Shown one piece after another: positions 7,876 to 18,600 of a stretch of DNA of 64,000 nt. The stretch lies in the IMG/VR virus record IMGVR_UViG_3300020182_003555; one strand, 5' to 3'. The position numbers and the translations under genes are program-made. The notes under the pieces are model-generated. The model was not told the origin of the DNA, did not search any database, and worked only from the letters and a program-made list of their open reading frames with translations. Position 1 is the first letter of the stretch. Each line of letters begins with the position of its first letter. The DNA comes from a virus.

Positions 7876-8739
7876 TTATGATCTTTTTGTTCCCTGAGTG
7901 CTAGAGAAGGTGTGTATCGTATAGTCGTCATTAACATTTGTTCCAAAAGTGATTGTGTATGAACTATTGTTTACACTAGATATCGTGTAAGGAATAATCT
8001 CGTTTGTTCCTTCTACACTGATCGTAACAATAGGAGCTTGTGAGTACGCAAAAGGAAAAAATATTTCGTATTGATTTGAACCTTTTGTTAATGTGCTGCG
8101 AAAAGCCTGAATTTGCTTTTCTTCGGTTGTTCGAGACAAAGCCGTGGTATTAAGATAGTAGTTTTGACCTTGAGTTTTGGAACTTAATTTTAAAGAAAAA
8201 TCGTACCTTGTAACGTTTGAAATTATGAACGGCTTTATTGCTCCTCCATTCTCGCTTTCAAGGTTTGCGCATATTACTGGATTCGATTCAAATGTTTTTG
8301 GTAAATTTATTTTAAATTCATCGAACCCTTCTTTTAACCGAGTTTTGAATGCTACTGTCTCATCTTTTATTGATGAAATTTTGAAAAACTCTGCGGAGGG
8401 CTGTTCTTGAATGAACGCGTTTTCCAAAAAACAGTTTCCTGATATCGACAGATCTTTGGTTGGGCCAGCCGAATTAAGCGAGCAGTTGGAGTTAAAAGTT
8501 TTTTCTCCGCTTATCAATTGAGTTCCTGTTAAGCATACTGCATTATCTAATATCGAGCTTTTTAAATTCGAGTAAGATATTTTTTCATTTCTTTCTCTTG
8601 GTCTAGCCAGTAAGAAGTCTATTTTTTTGTCATGCTCTGTTTGCGAGTTTAAATGCGCAGAACTTGGAAAGCTCTCTAGAGTTAAATCAGAAATTAATAT
8701 TTCTTTTTCTTGTAAATCTGAAATTCTTTTATTAGGCAT
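7876..8739 (-). CDS. virion structural/fibre protein, paralogue B
   Basis: Same architecture as 7037-7873 (MPNKRISDL, NLKSSILDN, two FPxxF..P.V domains). Confidence 0.6.
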   Translation of the reverse strand: MPNKRISDLQEKEILISDLTLESFPSSAHLNSQTEHDKKIDFLLARPRERNEKISYSNLKSSILDNAVCLTGTQLISGEKTFNSNCSLNSAGPTKDLSISGNCFLENAFIQEQPSAEFFKISSIKDETVAFKTRLKEGFDEFKINLPKTFESNPVICANLESENGGAIKPFIISNVTRYDFSLKLSSKTQGQNYYLNTTALSRTTEEKQIQAFRSTLTKGSNQYEIFFPFAYSQAPIVTISVEGTNEIIPYTISSVNNSSYTITFGTNVNDDYTIHTFSSTQGTKRS

Positions 8740-8756
8740 GGCGAGTCTTTTATTTA

Positions 8757-8781
8757 TACACTTAATTAATAAAAAGGTGTA
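8757..8781. promoter_or_regulatory. back-to-back GTGTA promoter pair (TACAC-N15-GTGTA)
   Basis: TACAC 8757-8761 (22 nt from ATG 8739) and GTGTA 8777-8781 (14 nt from ATG 8791). Confidence 0.6.
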
Positions 8782-8790
8782 ATCAGTTTA

Positions 8791-9918
8791 ATGGCTAAAC
8801 CTTCTCCTACTAGAATCACATACGAAAGGCTTGGAATTATGGTATCTGATTCTCCCGCTTATAAAGAGGCAGGTTCTGTTTTCAAAAACTTGATAAGAGT
8901 TCAGGATGTTGATTATGATTTTTCACATCCCGCTTTAGATTTAAAGTCTGTTGGTTTTGATAATTTAATTGTTAAAGACGAAGAGTCTCCTGTTGTCAGG
9001 CAGGGTGATGTTCGGTGTAATATTTCATATCTTTTTTCTAGCGGACAAAACGAAGAAGCTATCGGTTTTAATTTGAGCCCTAGCGAAACAATTTTAAAAA
9101 ATTTTATAGATGCTCCTGGCCACAACGACAGTAATATAGTTATTGTCGCCGCAAACGAGGTTGACTCTATAGATTTAAACAATATAAAAGATCAAGATTC
9201 TTTTGAGGGATATAATGTAATAGGTTTAGGTAACTCCTTTTTGATCGATTATAACTATGAAGCTTCTGTTGGGCAGCTGCCTTCTGCTTCAGTTACTTAT
9301 GACTGCGGAAACATGAAATTCGATATTTATGAGCACAGTAACCCCCCCTCTTTTCCTTCTTTAAAGCTAGGCTCTGATAATAAATTTTCAGAAGAAAAAA
9401 TTAATATAACTTCTGAAACGTTTTCTCCACAAGTATCTGCAGACTGCAATGCAATTATGCCTGGAGATATTTTGATAGAAATAACTAAAAAAGCTGGAGA
9501 TTACGGAGGTGTCCCTTTGGAAAAAGTAAACGCAGCAATACAAAGCGTATCTATCGATGTTCCAATTCCTCGGCAAAATATTTTTGGATTTGGTAGTAAT
9601 TATGTTTTTGATAGAAAATTAAAACTTCCAATTATAGGATCGTGTGCTATAGAAATGATTGTTCGGGAATTTGATGAAGGTCAGATAGACTCTTTTTTTA
9701 CAAAAGGCTCTGTATACGACATCAAAATCAAGCATACTGATAGAGATTTAAATGACGGCAGGGTTGAAGTTTCTTCTGTGATTAATACATTTTTAATAGA
9801 GGGAGCGCAATTAAAACAGCAGGCATACAGAGCTGGAATTGGTGGCCAAATGACTGTTGGAACTTTTTTTACTTTTGGAATAGGTAGAAAAAAGGGATTA
9901 AAGTTATATAGACAATAA
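8791..9918 (+). CDS. tail tube protein paralogue
   Basis: Collinear similarity to 9969-11498: LIRVQDVDYDF/LRRVQSANYSF, EASVGQLPSASV/EAAVGGMPTANV, AIQSVSIDVPI/HIQSFSIDVPL. Confidence 0.65.
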   Translation: MAKPSPTRITYERLGIMVSDSPAYKEAGSVFKNLIRVQDVDYDFSHPALDLKSVGFDNLIVKDEESPVVRQGDVRCNISYLFSSGQNEEAIGFNLSPSETILKNFIDAPGHNDSNIVIVAANEVDSIDLNNIKDQDSFEGYNVIGLGNSFLIDYNYEASVGQLPSASVTYDCGNMKFDIYEHSNPPSFPSLKLGSDNKFSEEKINITSETFSPQVSADCNAIMPGDILIEITKKAGDYGGVPLEKVNAAIQSVSIDVPIPRQNIFGFGSNYVFDRKLKLPIIGSCAIEMIVREFDEGQIDSFFTKGSVYDIKIKHTDRDLNDGRVEVSSVINTFLIEGAQLKQQAYRAGIGGQMTVGTFFTFGIGRKKGLKLYRQ

Positions 9919-9946
9919 AAAACCCGCCGAATAAAGGCGGGTTTTT
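9917..9946. terminator. bidirectional Rho-independent terminator
   Basis: AAAAAA-CCCGCC-GAATAAA-GGCGGG-TTTTT between two convergent genes. Confidence 0.85.
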
Positions 9947-9968
9947 ATTAAAGATAATTAATAGTATC

Positions 9969-11498
9969 TTATCCAGAATACCATCCAGGTAGGTTTTCAA
10001 CGTCTAAAGCGTTTCTAGATCCTAGTATAAATAAACCTCTTGCTTTATCTTCTGGAGCTCCAACTTGAGCAGTAAAGGTTAAGTCTACAGATTTATTATC
10101 TCCAATGCTTGAACTGAACGACTCTCCTTCGAGAAGAGCTCCCTTTACAACATATTGCATTGCTACTGGGCCATTTCCCATTTGAGCTGGCTCACGCATT
10201 GTAAATACTAGATCGTGCTCTTCAGTGTTCCATAACAGCTCTGCTACGTCGCCTTTTTTGAGGTCTGCTAGTATTGCATTTACTGAAATTGAAATGTTTA
10301 CTGGATAATCTACCACTCTGCTGTATCCATATGGAGATCCTAATCTGTTCAATACAGATCTTGAAAGAGGAACATCGATACTAAAGCTTTGAATGTGTGC
10401 TGACCCTGCAACAGAGTAGTCTTTTTTCGGGTCATCTTGCACTGAAACCGAAGTGCCATCGTCAAATTTTTGATTTTCCGCTAAATCCCAATTACCGTCT
10501 TGTCCTGTGGGTACTGCTGTGTTTGAGGCTGTTAACGATTTGTAAAGATGTGGGCCATCTGCGTTCACCCCTGTGTTCTGAATAATATCGCCTAAACCGT
10601 AAGTTGTGTTAGCTTCGTAACTTGGGTATGCATTGATATATTTTCCCTTAACTGTATTTCCGTAGTCGCTTGCTCGAGGATCTTCGCCTGGAAGAAGCTC
10701 GAATTCTGCAGCTCGTCCATCTGTTCCAAGAGATAGTGTTATATCTCCAGGGCGCAAGCAAGACCAACCTTCTGATTCTTGATCTGTGTCTGTAGCGCTG
10801 TCATTTAAAACGCCACTAACTGCAGGAGGAATACTAAATTTAACGTCTGTAATTGGTGTTCCATAATTAGTATTAACTGCTGGAATTTCAAGATCTTTGC
10901 ATCCTGTATAACTTTTTAAGTTTAAACCGTCAACTGTAACATTCGCAGTTGGCATTCCGCCTACTGCAGCTTCTATTGAATAGTTTGAAACAAAACCGTT
11001 TCCAAGCGCTATAACACTTTTATTGTCTGAACTTGTTGTGTCTGCACCGACCGCATCTTTTCCTTCGCAGGTTGTTAATATAAAAAAGTTTTTTCCTGCA
11101 GCGTTAACGCTTTCTCCACAAACAACTCCATCCATAATTTCGCTTGAAAGTGCGCTTTGTTTTCCGCTAACATTCATTCCTAGCAATCTTTCATTTATTC
11201 CGTTTGTTAAGTAATATGAAAAATCGAGAGTTACTGTGGGAGGCTCTATCGAGACTGAGTCTACTCGAGCAAGCTGACCAAATTGATTTACGTCTTGACG
11301 ATTAATACTGAAACTATAGTTTGCGCTTTGTACTCTTCGAAGTTGTTGAATGCCTGTTTTGTCTACGCCAGCCACGTCAGTTGCTTTGCCTACGTTGCCG
11401 TCTGCGAAGTGGTGTCCTGTTGCGTCAACTGTTCCGGCATATAATGCCTCGCTTTGATAAATTACTCGCGCTCGTCCTGGTAAATTTTTGTCTGCCAT
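9969..11498 (-). CDS. major tail tube protein with an internal CBM5/12-like insert
   Basis: Tail-module position; tube-type beta pattern; ends ...FSSSIGDNKSVDLTF; insert YEANTTYGLGDII...LYKSL...GNW. Confidence 0.7.
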   Translation of the reverse strand: MADKNLPGRARVIYQSEALYAGTVDATGHHFADGNVGKATDVAGVDKTGIQQLRRVQSANYSFSINRQDVNQFGQLARVDSVSIEPPTVTLDFSYYLTNGINERLLGMNVSGKQSALSSEIMDGVVCGESVNAAGKNFFILTTCEGKDAVGADTTSSDNKSVIALGNGFVSNYSIEAAVGGMPTANVTVDGLNLKSYTGCKDLEIPAVNTNYGTPITDVKFSIPPAVSGVLNDSATDTDQESEGWSCLRPGDITLSLGTDGRAAEFELLPGEDPRASDYGNTVKGKYINAYPSYEANTTYGLGDIIQNTGVNADGPHLYKSLTASNTAVPTGQDGNWDLAENQKFDDGTSVSVQDDPKKDYSVAGSAHIQSFSIDVPLSRSVLNRLGSPYGYSRVVDYPVNISISVNAILADLKKGDVAELLWNTEEHDLVFTMREPAQMGNGPVAMQYVVKGALLEGESFSSSIGDNKSVDLTFTAQVGAPEDKARGLFILGSRNALDVENLPGWYSG

Positions 11499-11564
11499 AA
11501 TATTGTTTGTATAAAAGTTAGTTCTGTGTTAGTTACATTTTTTTGTATATAAAGGGAAATTTTT

Positions 11565-12410
11565 CTATCGAGGAAATCTTAGGCTAGTTACTTCGAAGTC
11601 TATAAAGCCTACAAATAAAGATGGATCTATATTTTTGCTAACCCTGTCGCTTAGCTTGGAAACTCTTGATTCTTCAACGTGAAATAATGGATATCTTTTT
11701 GAATTTATAAATTGTTTATAATTGAATTCTATAACATCTCCATATTCATTGAATGGATAATCTTCGAAATTTAATTTTGCAAATACTTCATTTTTTGCAT
11801 CTGCGAAAACAGATAATGCTCCGTCTAATTGGTATGTGTTTTCTGCAAACACTACGCATCTGATGTTTGTTGTTGTTTTGTCTTCACCTCCAAATGCATA
11901 AGGTTCGTTTTCTGAAAGTTCAGGGTTTACAAAGATAGCGGGAACAACTTGTTTGTATGGAGCTATGCCTGACACATCCTGCTTGAATCTTCCGTTTACA
12001 TCAAATTTACTGTCAACAATTAATTGCTCTTCTGTTTGATTTGTTATATAAAAATTGAAATCTTTTACTGCATAAGATCCACTAACCGTTGTGTTCGACG
12101 ATCCAAAAGACGAATCAAATATTGCGCGCCCATTGTCAAAGTCGAATTGCAGACCTTCGTCTCCTCGATTCATAAAGGTTCCGTTGTCGAATACCCCACT
12201 TGGAATGCTTGCGCCTTCGACGCTTGAATCGTAAACCCATTGTTTGTGTGGACTGCTGTAACTTACGAGTCCATCTCCAAGTCTGTCATCTGAATCGTTT
12301 GAATAAAAAGTTGATGTGTGATTAGTAAATGCTTCTGCTTTATTTGTTATAAAGTTGTCTGCCCAAAGCATAAAGCTTGTTGTTAATTCATGTTGAAATT
12401 GTGGTTTCAT
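11565..12410 (-). CDS. putative tail terminator/completion protein
   Basis: 281 aa, lies between neck genes and tail tube; the call rests on position. Confidence 0.45.
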   Translation of the reverse strand: MKPQFQHELTTSFMLWADNFITNKAEAFTNHTSTFYSNDSDDRLGDGLVSYSSPHKQWVYDSSVEGASIPSGVFDNGTFMNRGDEGLQFDFDNGRAIFDSSFGSSNTTVSGSYAVKDFNFYITNQTEEQLIVDSKFDVNGRFKQDVSGIAPYKQVVPAIFVNPELSENEPYAFGGEDKTTTNIRCVVFAENTYQLDGALSVFADAKNEVFAKLNFEDYPFNEYGDVIEFNYKQFINSKRYPLFHVEESRVSKLSDRVSKNIDPSLFVGFIDFEVTSLRFPR

Positions 12411-13033
12411 TAAAAATAAGATTTTGATACTCTTGATGCTTGAATTGAATTTAAATCTTTTTCAAAATTATTTAATAAAGACTTTATATAGGAAGTTTTT
12501 ACTCTTCCTCCTCCTGATATTTTACTGTTTTGAATTCCTGTTCCTGATCTTCCTTTTGAGGATCTTTTGAAAATGTATTGTCCTAAGTTTGGTATTCCTC
12601 CGCCTTCCATTTCTCTGAGCCAGCTTAATCCTTTTGCCCACGGCATCGGGGTTGCCTTGTATAAATCATTTAAAGAGGGCGCGGTTATTATATAAGTCCA
12701 AATTAAACCTTTTGTTCCTATCGATCTTCTTTTGAGTATAATTTCTGTTTTTTGAAGTAATGATTCGACGGTTGATAATGGATCTGTCTCTACATTAAAT
12801 CCAATAAAACTAAAAAGATTGCCGCGAGGAGTCAATCCTGAGGAACTTGATGCGTTTGGGCCGCTTTTTAATTCTCGAGTAACAGGGTGAGATTCAAAAT
12901 CTTTCATCATTTTATTGTGCAGAACTTTAAATTCTTTTTGTATCAAGTTTCTTGTTTTGAGCATCAGCTCATTGTCTCTCTGTAATTGTTTTACAATAGA
13001 AGTTTTTATTGATCTATCTAATCGCGCAGCCAT
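12410..13033 (-). CDS. putative neck/tail-completion protein (HK97 gp10-like position)
   Basis: Basic 207 aa protein between the head-closure and terminator-like genes. Confidence 0.45.
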   Translation of the reverse strand: MAARLDRSIKTSIVKQLQRDNELMLKTRNLIQKEFKVLHNKMMKDFESHPVTRELKSGPNASSSSGLTPRGNLFSFIGFNVETDPLSTVESLLQKTEIILKRRSIGTKGLIWTYIITAPSLNDLYKATPMPWAKGLSWLREMEGGGIPNLGQYIFKRSSKGRSGTGIQNSKISGGGRVKTSYIKSLLNNFEKDLNSIQASRVSKSYF

Positions 13034-13494
13034 TATACTTCTGTTGGTCTTAGGAACAAGGTGTAAAATTGAACTTTGTCGAAAAGTCCGTGAGCTCTGG
13101 GGTCAGACTCAACATGGAACATTCTTCCGTCAAGCTCTATTCTTTTTGCGTCTTTTATATATTGGTAGTCTTCTATTTTTAGTTTAATTCTTACCATACT
13201 GTTAGCATCAGGCTTTGACACTTTAACTTGTGCGTCTGTATCTCCGAAATATTCTAAGCTTCTATCTGTGTCGTACCTTATTCTTGCTTTAAATACTTTT
13301 TTTACGGGAACATTTTCCACGCTATTTGTTTGAGCTCCAGCTGTATTATATAAATAGTTGTAATTTGGGTCTGTACTAATGATGACTTTTTGAGCCTCTT
13401 TATATACAATAATATCTCTTCCAAATGTATCGTGAAGGTTTAATAAATTTGCCGCAATGTCTGCTCTGTCTGAAGGTGATAAGAATTCTACCAT
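13033..13494 (-). CDS. putative head-tail joining (stopper) protein
   Basis: Start reassigned to ATG 13494 (MVEFLSPSDR), 14 nt after a GTGTA motif; the beta pattern ...IELDGRMFHVESD...YTLFLRP is typical of head-closure proteins. Confidence 0.55.
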   Translation of the reverse strand: MVEFLSPSDRADIAANLLNLHDTFGRDIIVYKEAQKVIISTDPNYNYLYNTAGAQTNSVENVPVKKVFKARIRYDTDRSLEYFGDTDAQVKVSKPDANSMVRIKLKIEDYQYIKDAKRIELDGRMFHVESDPRAHGLFDKVQFYTLFLRPTEV

Positions 13495-13503
13495 GAATAA
13501 CTT

Positions 13504-13528
13504 TACACTAAACAATATTTTTTGTGTA
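13504..13528. promoter_or_regulatory. back-to-back GTGTA promoter pair (TACAC-N15-GTGTA)
   Basis: TACAC 13504-13508 (14 nt from ATG 13494) and GTGTA 13524-13528 (28 nt from ATG 13552). Confidence 0.6.
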
Positions 13529-13551
13529 TATCGTTTTAGGTATAAGGTTTT

Positions 13552-13839
13552 ATGGACGCAGAAGGTATTTTTAAAAAATCCTGTCAAAGGAATACGGTTT
13601 CCCTTTTTAAGGGTTTCCTCGTTATGCTTGAAGACTTGCATAATGAGCATCAGATTCATTTTAATAAATTAAAATACAATCTTCCTGAGGGCTGTTCCCC
13701 TATTATTGATCAAGCAAACTATTTTGATGATGATAAACTTCAATACTTAAGAAAAAGAACTTTAGATATTGGTAATGAAACAATTAGAAATATCGAAGGC
13801 GAATTAGATAATTATACTATAGGCTTTACATTTAAATAA
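13552..13839 (+). CDS. hypothetical protein
   Basis: 95 aa ORF at the head of the + strand tail operon. Confidence 0.65.
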   Translation: MDAEGIFKKSCQRNTVSLFKGFLVMLEDLHNEHQIHFNKLKYNLPEGCSPIIDQANYFDDDKLQYLRKRTLDIGNETIRNIEGELDNYTIGFTFK

Positions 13840-13846
13840 TAATATT

Positions 13847-14665
13847 ATGGCAGAATCAACATTAGAAAAAGATCAAACAATGGACGATACGCGCAAAAAG
13901 TTGCGTGAAATTTACAGCTTCACTTTTGAAAAAGAAGAAAAAGCAAAAAAAACTGAAACGAAAAAAGTAACCAATCCTGAGAGTGGAGAGGAAGAGGAAA
14001 TCTCTGTCACTAAGGAAGTTGTAGATAAGATTCCATATAGGGTCATAATGAAGCAGCCTAACAGAAGGCAAATCGAAGAAGCCGAGCTAGAGTTTAGTGT
14101 TGAAATGAGTAACTGTATTAAGAGAGGTATTTTGACCAAAGCTATGCTCGCAAAAAAATACAGCGACACGGGAGGTCTTCTTGCGGAAGAAGATGCGAAA
14201 GCTCTCACCAAAATGTATATTCGTTACGGAGAACTTTCTCAAGAAAGCGAAAAGAAGCAAATCAAAAACCTCAAGACAGATGAGGATAAAAAGCGGCTCG
14301 AAGAGATCGCTGGAGAGATCGCTACATTAAGAAAAGATATCATTAATGTCGAGACATCTTATTCTAATTTATTTAATCATACTGCCGACGTTCGAGCAGA
14401 AAATAAAGTTATTCAATGGTATATTCTTCATTTAACGTTTATACAAAAAGATGATTCTGATGATTCAACTCCTCTATTCGAGGGAAATGATTTTGATCAA
14501 AAGCTTCAAACTTATTATGAGCTAGAAGAAAATGGAGATGAGCTTTACGACTTGGTTGGTGGAAAAATCGCAGCCCTATACAGCTTTTGGTATTATAGTT
14601 CTGGCGCGGTATCTACGGCCGATTTTGAAAAGTTAGACAACGATATCGAAGAGGGTAACATTTAG
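13847..14665 (+). CDS. putative tail assembly chaperone
   Basis: Highly charged helical protein two genes upstream of the tape measure. Confidence 0.55.
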   Translation: MAESTLEKDQTMDDTRKKLREIYSFTFEKEEKAKKTETKKVTNPESGEEEEISVTKEVVDKIPYRVIMKQPNRRQIEEAELEFSVEMSNCIKRGILTKAMLAKKYSDTGGLLAEEDAKALTKMYIRYGELSQESEKKQIKNLKTDEDKKRLEEIAGEIATLRKDIINVETSYSNLFNHTADVRAENKVIQWYILHLTFIQKDDSDDSTPLFEGNDFDQKLQTYYELEENGDELYDLVGGKIAALYSFWYYSSGAVSTADFEKLDNDIEEGNI

Positions 14666-14670
14666 TATGC

Positions 14671-15657
14671 GTGGAAACTGTCAAGCGCAGAAAAATATTT
14701 AGAGATATAGTTCGAGGTTTCTCTGCTACAATCTTTAAGGATAATTATGTTTACATAAAACACTTGACTCCTCATGATCAAGTAGAACTTGAGGAGATAG
14801 AGGAGAAATATTTTAATATAGCTTTAAGGAAAGGAGTTCCCACGGAAGAGGATATGCTCGCCTATCTTAAACAAGAAGGAGAATGGTCTGAAGATGACGA
14901 TAAGTTTATTGTTGACAAGCAAATGTTTATAGAAAATTTAAAAAAAGCTCAGTCTAAAATAATTCTTAAATCGGATATTGATCGACAGTCAAAGTTGATC
15001 GAACAAGAAGAAAGTTTATTACGGCAAAAGCAATTCGAAAAAATTTCTTTGATCGGAAACACTTGCGAAAAATATGCAAAAGATAGATTAAATGATTTTT
15101 ATATGATTAAAAGTTTTTTCTCTGATGTTGATATGAAGAAGCCTTTATTTAGTCAAGATAAATTTGATGAGCTTGATAATCATGATATAAAAGTTGTTAT
15201 AAATAGATACAATGAAATATTCGAAAGCTTTAATGAAGAAAGTATACAATATACTATACTAGAAGATTTTTATAATCCATATTTAAGTTTTGCTGAAGAT
15301 AGTATGCAATTTTATGGCAAAGCATTTTGTGATTTAACATACAATCAAATAAGATTAATTGTATATACTAGAGTATTTAAAAATATATTTGATACAAATG
15401 AAAATATTCCTGAAAATATAAGAAAAGATCCTGCGAAATTGCTAGAGTTTGGAAGCAGCTCTAGGGAGGAGCGGGACAAAGCTAAGGATAAACTTTCGCA
15501 GGGAGATGGAGGCACTATAGTTGGGGCGAAGGATGAAGATTATGAGTATCTTGGAGTCGAAAAACCAAAGAATACAATCAATCTTCATGAAGAAGCAAAA
15601 AAGAAGGGCGGTACTTTAAATATGGAAGATTTAATGAAATTACATGGCGTAGGATAA
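14671..15657 (+). CDS. putative second tail assembly chaperone
   Basis: Charged helical protein directly upstream of the tape measure; GTG start. Confidence 0.55.
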   Translation: METVKRRKIFRDIVRGFSATIFKDNYVYIKHLTPHDQVELEEIEEKYFNIALRKGVPTEEDMLAYLKQEGEWSEDDDKFIVDKQMFIENLKKAQSKIILKSDIDRQSKLIEQEESLLRQKQFEKISLIGNTCEKYAKDRLNDFYMIKSFFSDVDMKKPLFSQDKFDELDNHDIKVVINRYNEIFESFNEESIQYTILEDFYNPYLSFAEDSMQFYGKAFCDLTYNQIRLIVYTRVFKNIFDTNENIPENIRKDPAKLLEFGSSSREERDKAKDKLSQGDGGTIVGAKDEDYEYLGVEKPKNTINLHEEAKKKGGTLNMEDLMKLHGVG

Positions 15658-15662
15658 TTTTG

Positions 15663-15669
15663 GTGTATT
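15663..15669 (+). promoter_or_regulatory. putative phage late promoter, GTGTATT
   Basis: 34 nt upstream of the tape measure ATG; this gene also has an SD-like AAGGA. Confidence 0.5.
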
Positions 15670-15696
15670 AATACCTTATCTAAGGAATAAGGAAAT

Positions 15697-18600
15697 ATGT
15701 CTATAAATTTAAATGTAAACGGTAATACGGCCCCGCTGGAGGCAGCTGTTCAGGCGGCTGTAAACAGAATTCGTAAGACCCCAATCAAGGTAACTGTTGA
15801 CGATAAGGGTGCTACTCAGCCCTTGGGCAATATGAAGCGGGGAGCTGATGAGTTTAGCAAATCGATGGAAGCTGCGAACGCTCGTATTATAGCTTTTGGA
15901 GCAAGTATGGCGATTATAAATGGAATTTCTGACGCATTCAAAGCTATGGTCACCAATGTCGTTCAGGTAGAAAAAGCTTTGGCAGATATTAATGTTGTGA
16001 TGGGTTTAAGTTTAGCTAACTTGGATAAATTTTCAGACTCTTTATTTAAGGTAGCAAAGGAAACTGCTGCAAGTTTTGATGTAGCCGCTGCAGCAGCTAC
16101 GGAATATGCACGTCAGGGTTTAGCTGTCGAGGAAACTTTAAAAAGAACCAAGGACGCTTTAATCTTGACTCGATTAACAGGCATGGACTCTGCAAATGCA
16201 GTTAAAGCTTTAACTGCTGCGATGAATACATACGGAGATCAAATAAAAGATACTACTCAATTGGTTAGTAAGTTTGCCGCAGTAGACGTTAAATTTGCGG
16301 TTAGCGCAGAAGACTTTGCTGATGCAATATCTCGTACTGGTCAGGCTGCAAAAAGCGCTGGAGTGGATATTGATGAATTGGTTGGTTTGGTTACTGCCGC
16401 TCAGCAGCAAACTGCGCGAGGAGGTAAGGTAATTGGAAACTCGTTTAAAACAATTTTCACGAGAATAGGAAGAACTGATACATTAAATCAATTAGAAAAC
16501 TTAGGCATTGCTGTTCGAGATGTCGAAGGAAATACAATCGGCGCAAAAAGAATTTTGACTGATCTTGCAAATACGTTTGACTCTTTGACCGAGTCGCAAA
16601 AAGCTCAAATTGCACAAACAGTTGGTGGAGTTTTTCAAATCAATGTTCTTAAGGCTGTGTTAAGTGATGCCGCGAAACAAAACGGAATTCTTGCGAACGC
16701 AACACAAATTTCTGCAGGAGCTACGGATGAAGCTATACAAAAGAATGAACAATTAAGAAGCACAATGTCTGCAATGGCTAGCGAAACAGGTCTCGCACTT
16801 AAAGAAGTTTCTGCTAAAATAGGGGAGCTCGCGATAGCTCCTGGAATGGAAAAGATTTTAAATATCGTTAAAGGTTTTGCGGAGGGAGCTTCTGATATGC
16901 TTGGAGATGGAGAGTCTTCTGGAAATAAATTTGCTACAGGTTTTTTAAAAGGACTCGGTAATATTATTACTGGTCCGGGATTGGTTGTTATCGTTGCCGT
17001 GTTTGGCAAACTATTTTTAAAAGCGGCTCAGTATGCTCGAGAAAGTTTGAGCTCGTTGATTGGTGTTACGAGTGAAGCTCAAAAACAAAAAGCTATACAA
17101 ACTTCTTTGGTTACTTTATTTGGTCAGAACGCAGCTCTTAGCAAGGAAATGTTGCGCACCGATATCTCTCGAACAGAAAAGGAAAGAATAATTCTTGGAT
17201 TGCTTAAAGCTCAGGTAGTGGAAGCTAATACTTTAAACACTATCGCGAGAAGTTCTGCAGCTAATTTGTATCAAAAAGGTTTCGGATCTAATCTTGCTCC
17301 CAGAGGAAAACCTCGCCGTACAAGCGCGCAAGGTTATATACCTAATTATGTAGACGCTGAGCGCCAGCAAGCCGCACAAGGTGGGTATGCTGCTGGAAGT
17401 ATTCGCAGTATGAACATGCCTGGTGAAGGCTCGGTAATATATAATAGCGCAGAAAAAGTAAAGAATTTTAAAGGCATGAGTCAGCCCGCGATTATGCCTC
17501 CAAAGTCAAGTAAAGCTGGAGAAAATTATCAACAAGCATTTGATAGTATACATGGATTCGATCCATATGCTGCAGGAGGATATATACCGAATTTTGCGAA
17601 AAAAACCGCATCTAAAACTTCTGATATTCCACGAAATCTTAATTCTAAAAAACTGGGAGATCTGAATAAAGATTCTTCTTTAATTTTATTAACAGCTGAC
17701 TCTTCTGCTGATAGCGAGTCGAGGTTCTTTGTGGGGAAAGACCCTAAGGGTGGGACAAAAATTTTAAACACTGCAGATCTAGCTTCAAAGAGGACTACGG
17801 GTTATTACCAAGTAGATGTTCCGTATTATTCTCTAGATAAAAACGACAAAAGTAGGAAAAGCAAAATAGACTTACCCTCGATACAAAAGGCAATTACTGC
17901 TGCAGCATCAGGCAAAGCTCTTGATATAGCCAAGCAAATTGTCGGGGGAGAGAAGAATTTAAAACCTTTTAATAGAGAACAAATTAAAGAAACATTTAAT
18001 AAAGGCGCTTTTAAGGGCGCCGCTGGTAGCGCATTCGAGAGTGCAATAGCTGCAGCCCTTGACTCTTATTTGTTTCAAGATTATAAAGCAAGAACTGATA
18101 CATCTGCTATAGATTTACCTTATGACCCTAAGGTGTTTCAGTATTTTGGAGCTCCTCCTGGTGCTGGGAAAATGGGGGCAGAGGTAAAAGCTGATCTAGC
18201 TAACAATTTGCAACAAGGTGCTGCCAATAAGTTTTATCAGGTTTTAGCGGGGGGTCGTGCGGCATGGCAATATAAGGATAAAAATTTTAAGGACCAAATG
18301 AGGGGGCCGACTGAAGATGCAGGTTTGGAAAGAAGGGGGGGCGCTTATTTTAAGAAAGGTAGGGCTTACGGTCACATTCCCAACTTCGCCGCAGCACGGC
18401 TAGCTCTCACGGGTGGATTGGTTGGAAAAAACAAATTTGGCAATATAGATCGTAGGCAAATGACAAGACTGGTAAGATCTAATCCTTACTTCAACGGCTT
18501 GATGAATGAACATCTTACATGGGACAGTTTTCCGAAAAAAGATAAGCGTAAATTAAGCAGGTGGCTACTCAAACAAGGGGTGTCTAACCGAGCCTTACAA

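Noticed and set aside
13495-13659. N-terminal extension of the head-closure ORF given in the track
   Set aside because: Overlaps the divergent promoter pair and the + strand gene at 13552; ATG 13494 sits at the usual 14 nt from GTGTA
14640-14675. Lambda G/GT-type programmed -1 frameshift between the tail chaperones
   Set aside because: The -1 frame has a TAA at 14656-14658 and no X XXY YYZ heptamer lies between it and the upstream stop
18148-18174. Walker A motif in the tape measure (GAPPGAGKM)
   Set aside because: Lacks the Ser/Thr after GK, and there is no preceding hydrophobic strand or Walker B
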